A DNA stretch of 63,975 nucleotides, counting the filler, from Phoronis australis (Eukaryota; Animalia; Phoronida): the NCBI GenBank assembly GCA_002633005.1. It is 12 parts of 12 records of this genome, joined end to end, with 100 filler letters (N's around TTAATTAATTAA, not from the genome) between each part and the next. Parts side by side here need not be neighbours in the genome. Positions count along the whole stretch, not along the records: positions 46,422 to 59,386 come from NMRA01001608.1; positions 59,487 to 62,516 come from NMRA01003267.1; positions 62,617 to 63,975 come from NMRA01000399.1; 9 more parts are not named here. The stretch is one strand, 5' to 3'. Both the position numbers and the translations under genes were made by a program. The notes under the pieces are model-generated. The model was not told the DNA's origin and did no database searches. It saw only the letters and a program-made list of their open reading frames with translations. The stretch's first letter is position 1. Each line of letters opens with the position of its first letter. Of the stretch, positions 50,362-63,346 are shown in pieces.

Positions 50362-50577
50362 TGATCGAGGATAATTGCGAAATTTTGTGTCGACCGGGGA
50401 ACAAAAATAAACGAAGGTAAACACGTATGTTTCTCTGAATAAAATTTGCCTGCATACACTGCTATGATGCAGAATGATGGGGGCGATGAACAATCAAAAT
50501 TCCATCGGTTCGCTTTGGCTTGTGCGTGCTTGGTAAAACACTGACTGAGATGTACACAAGACTTGGCTTAGGCTTAC

Positions 50578-50834
50578 CTCCAGACTTTTCCAGAGCAATC
50601 CCAAACACCATGCCTGTGGCGACACATACACCGAGTTTAAGCACCTGAGCACCACAAGTTAGGGAGGCTTCTTCGTTTCCTCCAACCAGCTTTGGGAAGT
50701 TACTTCTTCCCGTGAAATTGCTATAGTTACTCGCCAAAGGCCGGGTTCCGACACCAGTTGACCAACCACAGCTCTTGTGCATAGACATTCCGTGCGCCTT
50801 AAGTCTGCGGATTCTGCTGTCTTCCTCGAACAAA
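50578..50834 (-). CDS. Exon of a YeeE/YedE (Sulf_transp, thiosulfate transporter-like) membrane protein
   Basis: cttcAG acceptor, G|GTAAGC donor. Ends KLGVCVATGMVFGIALEKSG, the GxxFGxxL first-helix motif. The phase-1 G is compatible with a following Val. Confidence 0.55.
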
Positions 50835-53731
50835 CTGAAGAAAAGAGACATTTTAGACGAGTGAAATAAGACCTCGTAATTGGCACGATCGATTTTACGT
50901 TAGAGTTGTTTCCGTAGCGCAGGTACTACTATTGTAATGACCCAATTTTGAACGATGGTGCAGATTGAAAATTGTGTTGTGTCTCATTCGTGTCTACAAT
51001 GACCTAGATGTACTATGAAAGTCATTTATCGACTACATATACGTGTAAAAAAAATCATGTTCCGGTGTTAAAGAAGGTCAAGTTTTTTTTGCAGAACGTA
51101 TTTGCACTTCAACAGCAGCGCCATTCTGCGTTTTTGTCCTTCGTTTGAATTGAACCCGTGGTGATGAGCAAATTATGGGGCCTAGTCTGAATCAAATGAC
51201 AACCTACCAATTCTTTGCGTGACTGGAAATCGTATCTAACCTGAATAAGAAACAAGAGAAGACCCGATATTTCATCAGTAAAGAATATGATCAAAAGTTG
51301 GCACTTCGACAGATTTAGGCGCAACTTTATTGTCCCTTTGAAAATAACCTACTGGAAGCAAAACTGCTTGGCCATAACTGTAGGCGCACTTGTTATCAAC
51401 TAGTTACCATCGCCAAACTGATCGCTTAAATATTATGCAGAAATTTTTCACCACAACAGAATATCCTTCCTTCATCTGACCATATCTTTTTCACACACTT
51501 CTTAACAATATTTTACAGCATGCCTTGCATACATAGAGTTGTAATGGTAGTGAGGGAATGCCATTTATACAAAGAGTTGTAATGGTAGTGAGGGAATGCC
51601 ATTTATACCGTATTGCCGCGCCTGACTAATGCCTTTTCGCGGCTTTTTTTACCCAAGTGGTGCGCATATTGGCGCATGGGCCTAAGTCGCACATTTAAGC
51701 CCAGGTAATGTCCCTTGCATACGTCCACACTTTTGAAGTTGCAAACAGGCGCACCAGCTTTCTTTCTTAAAATGGCTTGCTTTTCATGAACAACATTTTA
51801 CTGAAAAAACAACTTTACTTATGTTTATAACGAATTGCGTTTTACAACACGAGTATCTTAAAACACATCTTGTTATGAATGACAAATATATAAATTATAC
51901 CATCTTCCCTCAGCCAAGCATTCAGGAGATCTACGATATTAACTTGTATTGACAACTGGATTTCCTTACCATCCAAAATAAAAGAAAGCACTTCAATCGT
52001 CGCTCTCAAAAATGACTTTAAAATGCACACCACTACTCAAGACTTGCCAGTCCCATTGACATCATTCCAACCATGAAATAATCCTATGAAGATCAAGATG
52101 CGGTCTGTTCCTAAACAACGAGAAATTTAGACATAATTTTAATAACATTTCGCCTCTGTGTTCCTGTGGAGACACCCAGACATATCCTCATGTTTTCTTT
52201 GCTTGTGAGGTATGCAAGGAGCAGAGGGTGCAGCTTTTCCAGACACTCGAACAATACCCCAATGTTTACAAAAAATATTCTGAAATTCCGCATTTGTACA
52301 ACAAAATATTTTTTTATATGTTTTTCAAATACTCAACCCAAATATAAATAATGTTTTATTCGAAATAGTATCAAAATTTCTTTATAATATTTTAATAATT
52401 CAAAAATCTCTTTGTGTGAGTGGATAGCATTATATACATGAAAATGATTTATTTACATTCGTAATCATATGTTATTTGTAATATTAAAATCAGTTTTTTA
52501 CTTTATGTACTTGTATATAGTAATTGTATATACATTTCTTTGTATTTTTTAACCAGATATAATGCCTCTTGACACTTTCTGGGTTATGCATATTCATTGT
52601 ATTGAAGATTTCGTAATAAACATTAAAACAATAACAAATCGGTGTCCAACAGGGGCAAAACCAGTGTGGGACTATATCCGAGATAATGCCTTTTTTCGTC
52701 GGCGGTCTTTTTTATCCAAGTGGTTGGCGTACAGGTGCATATAAGTTCAGTTCCCAGTGGCGGACTTAGCGGCGGGGGGGCAAGGAGGTCATGCCCCCCT
52801 CCCCCTCCCCTAAAACTCCCAGATTTCATTTGGNNNNNNNNNNNNNNNNNNNNNNNNNNNNNNNNNNNNNNNNNNNNNNNNNNNNNNNNNNNNNNNNNNN
52901 NNNNNNNNNNCAGATGCCGATGGAACTAATTGCGCGGCAACACGGTAAAACGTTGTCTACCAAACTTTCAATTCATTAACTGACAATGAAAAGTAAATTA
53001 TCACTGGACTTTTCTAGTATCCTTTGATTTTATTCACAAGTGGCACACCCATGGTTATATCCCTGTGAAACACTGGAAGCAAATCCAATAAACCAGAAAA
53101 ATTTAGAAAAGCAAGACGTAGTAAAACATATTTATGTTTAGCACACTTTCTTAGGGACAGTGAAGCATTAAACCTTAACCAAGGGTCATTTTTCAACATT
53201 GAAAATGAGCCGGATTGTTTTAACGGGTTCTAAATTTATTGCGAACATCGTTGAAAAATGACTCCAGGGGATATTTTTCTACAGATAACTCTAAAAGGAA
53301 CTTTAAAAGGAGTCTCGACTAGAGTCAGTGAAATAATGATATCCATCAAACAAAAATCGGTCCTATGACTGGCATTTTATCTTTTTGGTGGGTGCATTAA
53401 GGTGACAAATAAATGGTTGTGGGGCACATCACAAAATTCATAAAAATTCATTTAAACCTGTATTATAACCATGATGCAGGTTTTGGTGATCGGCAGAACG
53501 GCTTTTTTACCACACGATTGCATGGAGGGACCATTGAGATGGAATTGGGCATGAGCCCAAAGAGTCTAGCAAGAACAAGTCTGCAGTAGGCGACACACTG
53601 ATTGAGCAGTTTTCGCGATTTGGACATTTTAAGCTTCCCGTAACGTTACTTAGTGCAAACTTTATAAACTTAGCCCAGCTCCTATGAAGTTTGAATTTGC
53701 ATTTAAACTTCAATTGATGCGTCTCAGTAAC

Positions 53732-53856
53732 CAGGGACGGATCCAGGATTTTGAGTTGGGGAGAGGGGCAGAGCAGAATATTAGTCAGGATTCTGCCCGT
53801 CAGACATTCGCACCCCCGANCCCCCCCCCCCCCCGGCCCCCTTAAATCTGCCACTG
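53732..53856. mobile_element. hAT-like MITE related to 4007-4163
   Basis: CAGGGACGGATCCAGG / TAAATCTGCCACTG ends; TSD not preserved. Another similar end is at 52755. Confidence 0.55.
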
Positions 53857-56564
53857 ATAAAACTTCGAAGAGAATATGTGATATGACAGATTTTTTCAAA
53901 TTTTGCCGACTCAGAATTACCTCAGTCAAAACTCACGCAATGCAATTTGCGTGACTATTCGCTGCATGGCCATTGCGCAAGCAGACTCTATCGCGAGTAC
54001 CAGAATTAAAATTTTACAGTCTGGTCTCAGCGCCAGGACAGCGCCGGCACTCGTAGGGAAAATCCATGATAGTGAAGTCGACTGCCTTGAACTTGAGGGG
54101 GAAGCATAAGTAAAAGTAATTACTTGTTTTTTTGAAAATTATTACTTAACTCTTTATATGTCATTAAATGTTTACTTTAAATAGCTAAAACGTAAACTAC
54201 GATAGTACATTAGCTCAAGTTATCTAACTTCGTATTGCGATTTTGGTATATCCTTTCTATTCCCACGGCTATCAGACGCAATGAGCTATATTTATCTCAT
54301 TGATATCTTTGACCATAACTGCGCATGCTCACTGTGGCAATCATTGTGACCTAGTTTTCGGGAAATCCCGAACTGACGGTAGCTACTGTAAATTTGATAT
54401 TGTAAGTCGCACTCCACCAAAGCACCGTCTAGTACTGAAACAGGTAACAAGATAATTTGATGTTTCGGTTTGATATTCGTCTTAGTTTAAGTTGATTCAT
54501 TTGTTTGTTTTTAGTATGGTATGAGGAATCGAAACTGAAACTTTCGTTTCTTGATCGCCAACTGACGACCACCGCCGGTGACGAGTCCAACTCGACGGCG
54601 AGCCTGGTGAGGTATTTCAATCGCTCTTATTTTGAAATTCAAGCATTTGAACTGAGAGGAGTACTCTTTAGTAAGTTTTTCAAGTTTAACTAACTGTGTC
54701 GAATTAAGACCAAATTAAGTTTGTTTCTGCAACCATGGCTGTGGGCTTAAGTGATTGTATTACAGCTGACTAAACCAGGCCACTGCGTGCACTGTTACAA
54801 AACTGGATGGGAAGTTCCCCGAAGTAGTCCTCTTTAGTTTGCGTACTACAGTACAGTCAAGTGATTGCCTTTTGTTCATAAATAGTTGAAAGTTTCAACT
54901 TAAGACCTCACTGTTCATTAATTCTGTTGTGGTATTTTTTGAGCTTTCGAAGTTGCTTAGGCCGGGCAGTGACCTGATTAGGGTAATGTGAGGAATTTAA
55001 ATCATTTAACTTATGATAAGTTATACTTAAGGTTTTAACTAAATTGTCAACTAGTGAACAAATCAGTGCAACCTACGTGGAAAATCCTCACCATAACCTT
55101 TGCATAAAGCTAAGGGTTATAAATCCCCAAGAGTGGTCAGGAAATTTATTTACCAGGGACAGGGAAACTTATATTTACCCGTGACAAGCCTCTGGCAGAA
55201 ATCAATTTTAATCTGAGTGAAGTTGAGAATAGTTATATAACGATAGTTGGCTTGCTAAGTTTCTTAGATATCATTCTACCACCAGTCACCAAGGAGTGCG
55301 CACAGTAGTCATGATATCGTGTTATCATGTGTTGGAATTGAAATTGATTATGAAGATGACCTGGCATTATCTTGACAGCCATACTGCTTTGAGGGTTGAA
55401 TCTAATTAAAAACTTCTTTGGCAGCCATCAAGACATCCAAATGGAAGAAGTCATATACTGCCAGTACTTCTCATGCCTGGAAATCGTTTGTTAAAAGAAT
55501 AAGACGAGTACAGTGCATGACAAAAATCCGATTTTTTCTGACAGAAGGCGTAAGTAGTTCTTGTACCTTTTTGAAATCTTCGTACTCTGTCAAATACCCC
55601 CTGATAATGATTCCATCCTTCTGCAGTTTGTAGTCCTTGTCACTATTAAAATTTACTACATTTGGAACAGGCAGAGAGGCCATTTTTCAGAAACCTCTGA
55701 GACTCAGTCCTTAAATTTACAGCAAAGATAGCCACTTGCAATGCATGGATCTGTTTATGGTTCTGTGATGCAGTCAAGTTGACGCATCATACTGCCTTGA
55801 TACTTGCAGTGTTCACTAATTTGTTGACTGAGTCAAAAGGATGGTCAAGTATTGCTGAAATGAACAGAAAATTATGGAAAGCTAAGACCAAGGGTGGATT
55901 GAACATTTTGAATTAGACTTGTAATCAATGAAGCTCTGCCGGCATCTGTCCACTTCCTATCACTCTTAACCATGCATGACTCTGCCGGACTCCTGGACAC
56001 TCTCTGACGTGTCAGCTCTTTTGACCCCCCCTTCCATTCTTTTTCTGACACCCCAGCTGGTCTCAAACTTGCCAAAATAACCAAGCAAAGTTCCTTTCCC
56101 CATGAGGGGGTCACTAGCCCTACCAGTCATGACTTGTCATATACGAGCTACTACTACGATGATGGTGGATTTCGTTTGCACTGATCATGTGTGGAAATGT
56201 TGCTTGTGTTCATTCAGACATCATAACTTGGGAGTTCCCCATCCTTTTGTGTGACTTTTTTGGTATGTACTGTACTATTTCCACACATTTGAGTGCTTGC
56301 TACACTTTAATATAACTGATGACCCTAGTTTTTGAATTCTTGTTTTCTTACCTTACTCGATTTTCAAACTAAAATACCTTATCACTGCACACGTGTAATT
56401 AAACCAGTAAGAATTATACATATGTTTTCACTAATTTTATCTGTTAGTGGCAAAGTCTTAATTGGTGACTGAAATCCCCCTGTTGTAATTGGTGAATTTT
56501 GAGAAACCAGCTATTTTTAATCTTAACGTGATTTGTTTCAGAACTTCTGTGACAAAGATTAACA

Positions 56565-56598
56565 ATGTCTGGAGAAAATATTTTCTCAAGTGGCACTG
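56565..56598 (+). CDS. Unknown gene, first coding exon (MSGENIFSSGT)
   Basis: Acceptor before 56542, in-frame upstream TGA, ATG at 56565, phase-1 GTAAGT donor. Confidence 0.5.
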
Positions 56599-57158
56599 GT
56601 AAGTCAGTTTGATGTTCACAGACTCTGAAAACTTCATAAAACATGTCTTACGACAAACCATTTGGTCAATGACTTATTACTAAATGGTAGTCGTCCAATG
56701 TGGCATCAAAATTTCAAAATAAAGTTTTGATTTTAATTCATGAATTCATGATGGTGTCTCTTGAAATTGAAGCTGAAATTGAGTGACACTGACTGATTTC
56801 ACTCTTATTAACAATTATAATAAATACGTAAAGGAACATGAAAACTGTAAAAATAATGTAATTTACAGTTTTTTCTGTTTTAGTTGATCAGTGATTGATA
56901 AATACTTTGTATACTAATGATGGAAAAAAGAAAATAGTATCTTTAATGGTTAACATTTTTAACATGTTGTACTTAAGTTATCTAAACTAACAGATTTCAT
57001 TTATTTGTAATTTTTCTTTGAATGAGCAGGACAATGTTTCATTTTTTGTTACTTTCCTGATGTCACAAGTTTTAAATGTTAGAATTCGAAGCTTCATTTT
57101 GGGGCTATAAGTCTTCTAAGTTATAATCATTCTTGTTTATCATTTTCCTTGTTGCCAG

Positions 57159-57188
57159 ATGTGCAGCGTTTGATCAAGAATATTTCAG
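57159..57188 (+). CDS. Unknown gene, 30-bp micro-exon (DVQRLIKNIS)
   Basis: gccAG acceptor, GTGTGG donor, phase 1-1; keeps frame between its neighbours. Confidence 0.45.
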
Positions 57189-57531
57189 GTGTGGGTGTAA
57201 TTTTTAGTACTTCTCTGTATAAAAACAATTTATACACCTTATCTCAGTAATTAACATTTAGGGTTATATTTTCAGAGACCTTGTACTTTAGCTCAAGTAT
57301 GATTTAATTATTTTTCTTAAATAGTTGTGTGGAGCGTTTAATACTGAATTTCTGACTTAAGTCTTGAGTCCCTGGTTTGTTGGAGGTATTCTGTCTATTT
57401 CATGATTTTCATGTTTAGGCAGTCCGGTAAAGTCACAGCAAATTAACATACGACTGATGAGTGATATTTCATTATTATTTTTTTCATAAAACGAGTCTTA
57501 AGTCATTTTGTCTAATGTTTGTTTCGTTTAG

Positions 57532-57650
57532 AAGCTGCTACCAAACCAATGACAAGAAATCACAAACTGTCACTGGGTAGATCGCTTTCGTCACTTCAAG
57601 ATGATCTTAGTGGTGATGATCTGTATATAATCACTCAGTTTTTGCACCAG
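57532..57650 (+). CDS. Unknown gene exon, weakly ET (BET extra-terminal) domain-like
   Basis: tttAG acceptor, CAG|GTAAGT donor. EAATKPMTRNHKLSLGRSLSSLQDDLSGDDLYIITQFLHQ versus BET [23 protein letters not shown]. Confidence 0.55.
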
Positions 57651-58355
57651 GTAAGTCATAAAAGTGTTCTTAGTTACTTAATATGTGCACAAGTAGGCCA
57701 TGCAGTTCCGGTGAGGTGCAGCAGTTAAACTTTTCTGTCATGTTGTGAAATGTTGCGATCAGGTCATAGATTTGATGAATGCATCATGGTTAATGATTCA
57801 TTAATATATTGTTTTAAAAGCGCGAGTTTGTACTCATTTTGCCGTATTCATAAGACATGATTTGAAGCCCCAGGAATGGCAATTGTCAAACACAGCGTAA
57901 TTAGTACCTGGACCTTGTTTCCAGTAGGTATACCACTGCATTTACTGGTAATAGTGGAAGTATCGCTTATTTTTGCATAATTATATAGAAATATAAAAAC
58001 TACACCTACAGAGTCAGAAATTTTGTACTGAACCACCAGAGTAGTGAACCTTCTTGGCGAATCCAGAAACAAACCAAGGTTACATATACTGCAGCCGCAT
58101 CGTCTGTATTTTGTGTACAAACAGCTTAACCTGAAAATGTTGAGCACCAATGGATATTGCGAATAATCAGTTAAGACATGTTACACAACAAATAAGTAAA
58201 GTTCCTATCACAAAGTTTGGTAAGTCGATTGTGTTTTGAGTCAGTAACATCATTGTTTAAGGTTTTGAGGGCATTGTGTGAATTTGCACAAATGTTCAAA
58301 CTGTCTAAGATTAATTCCGCAAATTGGTTTGGGGTTAGGGTTAGGGTTCACGTTG

Positions 58356-58402
58356 AGTTATACTTGTCAAGCACACAAAAGGTGTGCTTGACAAGTATAA
58401 CT
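58356..58402. repeat. Perfect 21-bp-arm hairpin next to (TTAGGG)2
   Basis: AGTTATACTTGTCAAGCACAC-AAAAG-GTGTGCTTGACAAGTATAACT. Confidence 0.85.
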
Positions 58403-59486
58403 GAGCGTGGTTCTAGATTAGATCCTGATGTGGAAATTTCTTGACTTTTTCAATCCAGCATAATGGTACGTAATGCAAAATTGATTTTTTTCATTCCGAA
58501 ACTTGGAGCACGGGTGATTTTAGCCTTTTAAATGTGTCAAATTTCAAACACTGTATGTTATGACATATCGTAGTCTGATAGGCTTGGAAGTTCATGAAAA
58601 GCAGTTAGTGATCAGTGCCTTTGAGTTTGGGATGGCCAATTGAGTGCAAATTTCCAAAATTAGGGACAAGCTCAGGCCTTAAGCAAAATAAGAAAATGTC
58701 TATGTTCGAAAAGTGAGATTTATAACCGTAATTAAGTTCATAGTTTTTTTCAACTAAGGTACTTATCTGGCAATGTTTCAAAGTTGGAAAAGTTTCTGCA
58801 CTACATGCCTCTTTCTTTGAGCACTCAGGGCTTAGCGTTAACTCAATGTTTTCTTGTTCTCCTAAATCTTTTTCCTTGTTTAAGAGGTCTTTCAATTTTT
58901 ATGACACCAGTAAATTTCTGTAACACTAGACTGTTTGTGATCGATTTGTTCTGTTTTGTCACAAAAACTTAAAAACTTTTCAGCAATGAGACTTTCCTCA
59001 ATCCAATAGTTTGCAAAATCAGTAGCTAGACTTAGTTGACTTAGGAGTCAGGTCATGCCTGTAAATTCTTGAACATGTGGAGAATTTCTGGCTTACACTG
59101 GTCACCACTCAGATTCCCTTAGCACCAGGCAACTTTTATGATGCCTATTTAACACGCCTTTGTATCCATGTAGATATGAGCTAATCAAGTGAAAAGGTAA
59201 TAGCTAGCACTATTGTCTCAACAATGGTTGTTGTTATTACACCCAAATTGGTTTTCTCTAACATTTGCACAGAGTTACAACCTGAAACTTAGGATAGTAC
59301 TTTTAACTTCTGGTACATTTTAAATAACAGAATGACTAAAAATTAATATGTTTTTATCTTCACAGAGGGCCACTTCCCAATTGAATNNNNNNNNNNNNNN
59401 NNNNNNNNNNNNNNNNNNNNNNNNNNNNNNTTAATTAATTAANNNNNNNNNNNNNNNNNNNNNNNNNNNNNNNNNNNNNNNNNNNN

Positions 59487-60030
59487 TTTTGCTATGTTCA
59501 GAGAGATCCCATTTTCTCTTAAACGACTTTCCACATTCAAAACAGCTGAAGCGTCTTTCATCAGTGTGTGTTAACATGTGTTTTTCAAAACAAGCTAAGT
59601 CACCAAACACTTCACCGCAGTTACTACACAGAAGCTGAACTTGAGATTTCATGCAGGTCACTAGATACTGCCCACGCACATTAGCTTCTGGCAAATCGCC
59701 TACAAATCCCTTGGTAACAGGAGACACATTTCTCATGGATGACCCATCACGTAAATCACTAACAGCATCACTGTCCAGAGTAATGTCGTCATAACACTCC
59801 AGCTTAAACTCAGCAGGTTGAAACATATTCTGCACACTACAACAGACTACTTCATGGTCAGGTCCTTCGTTAAGTTCCTGTTTGATTACTGGCTCTATAT
59901 AGCTACCAATATTGACGTTGCCGCTGGGACATCCAGACACAGCATTGCAACAAGCATCGTACTGTTTTTTGTGATAGGTCAAAGTTTCACAAGGTTCCTG
60001 TTTTATGCAAGGTACACCATAACTTTCCAT
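59487..60030 (-). CDS. C2H2 zinc-finger protein, N-terminal part (truncated by spacer)
   Basis: IKQE motifs, then CSNC..F..HMLTH-TDERRFS-CFECGKSF..L..H. Splice acceptor 8 nt upstream of the ATG. Confidence 0.85.
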
Positions 60031-60667
60031 GGCTCAGCCTGAAAGTGGAAAAGACAACAGACAAAAATTAAGAGCACAGTGTACCTAAGTATAAGTCCTC
60101 TACACTTATCACTAAATAGTAAATGATAATTCAATATCTAGGCTTGCTCTAACCGCTAGCTAGAGGCGATTTCTAAGTGGCAATGGTGATGGGCAATGGT
60201 GATGGTAGAGCTAGGTCCATTCGGCAACTTGGCAAAGGCTTTTACAACTTGACAATAAAAATTAATTTCGGGAAACCTACTCGCGTGTCGGCTCACAGTC
60301 AGCTTGAATCAAGTCGCGCCGCAAATGACATTCTTACTTCGACTCAGAGTCCTAAAAATAAAAAGCGAATGTTCCATTTCATGTCCGTCACCCCCACTGA
60401 AATCACTCTTTTACCGCAACGAAATGTTCAACAGTGTAGGGGGGAAGGAGGGGTGCTACTTGTCATCTGCAAGAAACAATGTCAGGACTATTTCTGAGGC
60501 GGCCGAAAGAAAGCAGGGTAAAGCAAATGCCAGTTTGTTACTTAATGAATTTTATCTTCACTACTCTACATGATTTAGCTTTATTTTGCAAGCCACAAGT
60601 TATGTTAATGTTTTTGGACCTAAATGTCTTGCTCATCAAAATGCCCGCGAGAGTGCCATATCCTCAT

Positions 60668-60905
60668 CGTAACCCAGGGATAAGGGGAATCCCTACCCAA
60701 TTTTTTCAGGTCAAAATCAATGAAATGCATAACTAGGGGATAGGGGCAACCACTGCCCGATTTTTTGGGTCAACATCAATGAAATGCCCATGTGGCCGAG
60801 GTATACCACACTGTAACCCAGGGACAGGGGGTAACCTAGCCATTTTTTAGGTCAACATCATGCCCATGTGGGCGGCATACCCCTGCCGTAACCCGGGGAT
60901 AGGGA
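60668..60905. repeat. Degenerate 60-80-bp minisatellite
   Basis: Repeated GTAACCC.GGGA.AGGGG..TTTTT.GGTCAA.ATCA blocks. Confidence 0.65.
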
Positions 60906-62294
60906 GAAAGTGTAAAGCTAATACCTTTAAAAGTCTAGCGCGAGCCAAGAATATTAGTGGATAGTGGCTTCAAGTGAAGAATTACAAAGAAATCAACTCA
61001 TAAAACGAACACTGAGTCGAACATGGAATTCCTGAAGGCAGAAGAACGTATACATCAGACATTTTATAAAATTTCTGTTCCATCGCAATGCATTCAACAC
61101 CAGCACTGTCTTGTTTTTTGTAGCACTGCCTCACTCTGATTTCACAAACAGATGGTGCAACTGAGACCACCAAGACAACCCGCTTAGAACAGTTAAAAAT
61201 GTGAACCTAAAAGTTTTCTCCACAATGCCATAATGGAAACATATGGGTACTAGTCGGATAGCTCCATAACTCCAAAACTAGTAATCAGAAAATAACAAAA
61301 GATACCTCATTCGATTAGTATATTTCTATCCAGGTGATGACAGAGTTCATGTCCGAAGTCACATTCTCTTGATATCTGGACTCAAATGCAAGATACCCTA
61401 GGCCTAGTGCCTAATCAGGCCTAGTCTAGAGGCAACCGGCTGCCGCAATTTTCTGTAGTACACCTACGTCGCTACGATCTTAATGACCTCTGTTGTTATT
61501 AGAAATATTATTAGTTGAAGAGGAGCTCATAATAAAGATAAAATGATAGAAAAATACTACACCTACGAGTAAAGAACGAAACAAATAAGCAAAACATTTA
61601 CGGAACTTAGTCGAGTCGGCACAGGCACCTTTCAGGCAAAGGTGCCTGCGGCCATTACATGATCAGTCAGTTAATCGCGGTGTTGCATAGGCCAAGGCTA
61701 CGAGGTTCCTCTAAGGGTTGGTCTCTTTGTACTTCAGAACTGTATAAACAGCAGCGTAAAACTTAAAAAAATCATTCACTTCATTTAGACCTACCGAAAA
61801 TGCGCCCCTGTAAACCTGTTGGTGTGCAACGACAATATAGACTTTAACAAAAATTTGTTACCTCGCAATATCTCAGCTTTGCATCGTGACTGCAGTTGTA
61901 ATATTTAAGTCCGTAGGTCAATATGCTATTACAGTACAAGTAAACGAAGTAACTTACTAACACATATTTTATACGAAACCACTGCGAAACATCAAACGTG
62001 TAGAAAAATATTTGCGATGATGACCATTTTACAATCAACAGGTGGCGCTTTCAATTATTCGTTGTCAACCCATATATCATTTTCCGAAATGCTGGTTAGA
62101 TTTGCAAAGAGGTTGATGTAATTTGGGAGTTTCATTGTGGCGCAAGCAGTAAGTAAAATAATGCGTGTCACATTACACATTATGCACACCCCTTTTTTGA
62201 ATGAAGACACACCCTGCGGCCGGCAATTATTACTATCTGTTTGAAAACGTCTATGAACATTGAAGTATGAACTTATTATGAAGACTGTCAGACC

Positions 62295-62340
62295 CACAGG
62301 CGTCCTCAGCTTCTGATCGTCCCCAATACACTACATATAA
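62295..62340. mobile_element. Third terminus of the CACAGG transposon family
   Basis: 46 bp identical to 10739-10784. Confidence 0.7.
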
Positions 62341-63346
62341 TTGTTCGAACTTGGAATACACGAGGACACTTGACAAGTTCACTCAAATAATCACATTCCC
62401 ATTACAAATTCGCATTTCACTAAACCCAATCACATACAATTTTAACCAACTAACTATTGGCGATCTTATTGATTCTTATTCACCTGACAGCAATTGATTT
62501 AACCATTCACATGTTCNNNNNNNNNNNNNNNNNNNNNNNNNNNNNNNNNNNNNNNNNNNNTTAATTAATTAANNNNNNNNNNNNNNNNNNNNNNNNNNNN
62601 NNNNNNNNNNNNNNNNAAAGCAATCTGGATTCCTGTTGTGGGAGAAGATCTGTACGGGAAAGATACAATACCAATCCCGTTGACCTGAGTACGCTGCGTC
62701 TTTCCTCGCAAGATCAGCAAATTTGCGTTCTTTTTGAAGCACTGCGGAATGGTTTGAAGTGTACAGCCACGGCTAAATACCGACGTAGCGGCTAGGCTGG
62801 TAGTCTACTAGAAATTACGCGCACAATGATTTTTCAGAACTGTCGGATATTATTGATAAATTGAATACATTTACTGTAGAATTTTAGAACTGTGAGGTAA
62901 GACATTTTTCGCACTGATACATACACATTCATGGACTAGGCGCTTATTTTAGCGAAGTCTGAAAACGAGTGGGGACGCTTTATAGGGGCCACGGGCGCTT
63001 ATTAGGACGAATGTTATAAAAATAATTTTGGCTAAAATGACATTGTACATTACAATAAGAAATCAGTTCCAAGAAATATGGTATTTCATTTGCTATGAGC
63101 ACATGGACCGGTCTTCCACCTTTCTCCCCTTTTCTTCCGTTTCGGACTAGTCCACAAATTCTTTGTGCACGACCACACACTGTGTTTTTTTGAGGAATCG
63201 CGTAACGAGTGACATGTACTGAATCGATAGGGTCGCACTGCGTCGATGTTTTTTACTGTCGGAGCATCGACACGATGACCAAACTGAACCTTAAATTCAT
63301 GATAAAAACAGCACAAGGAGGAGGAAAATTATTCATATTCATCTGG

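Noticed and set aside
55471-56114. Coding-looking minus-strand ORF fragments
   Set aside because: Interrupted by stops, no recognisable domain, no convincing splice pattern.
57453-57500. Hammerhead ribozyme (CTGATGAG)
   Set aside because: The partner GAAAC core and the flanking stems are missing.
58333-58348. Telomere array (TTAGGG)
   Set aside because: Only about 2.5 copies, internal, next to a small hairpin element.
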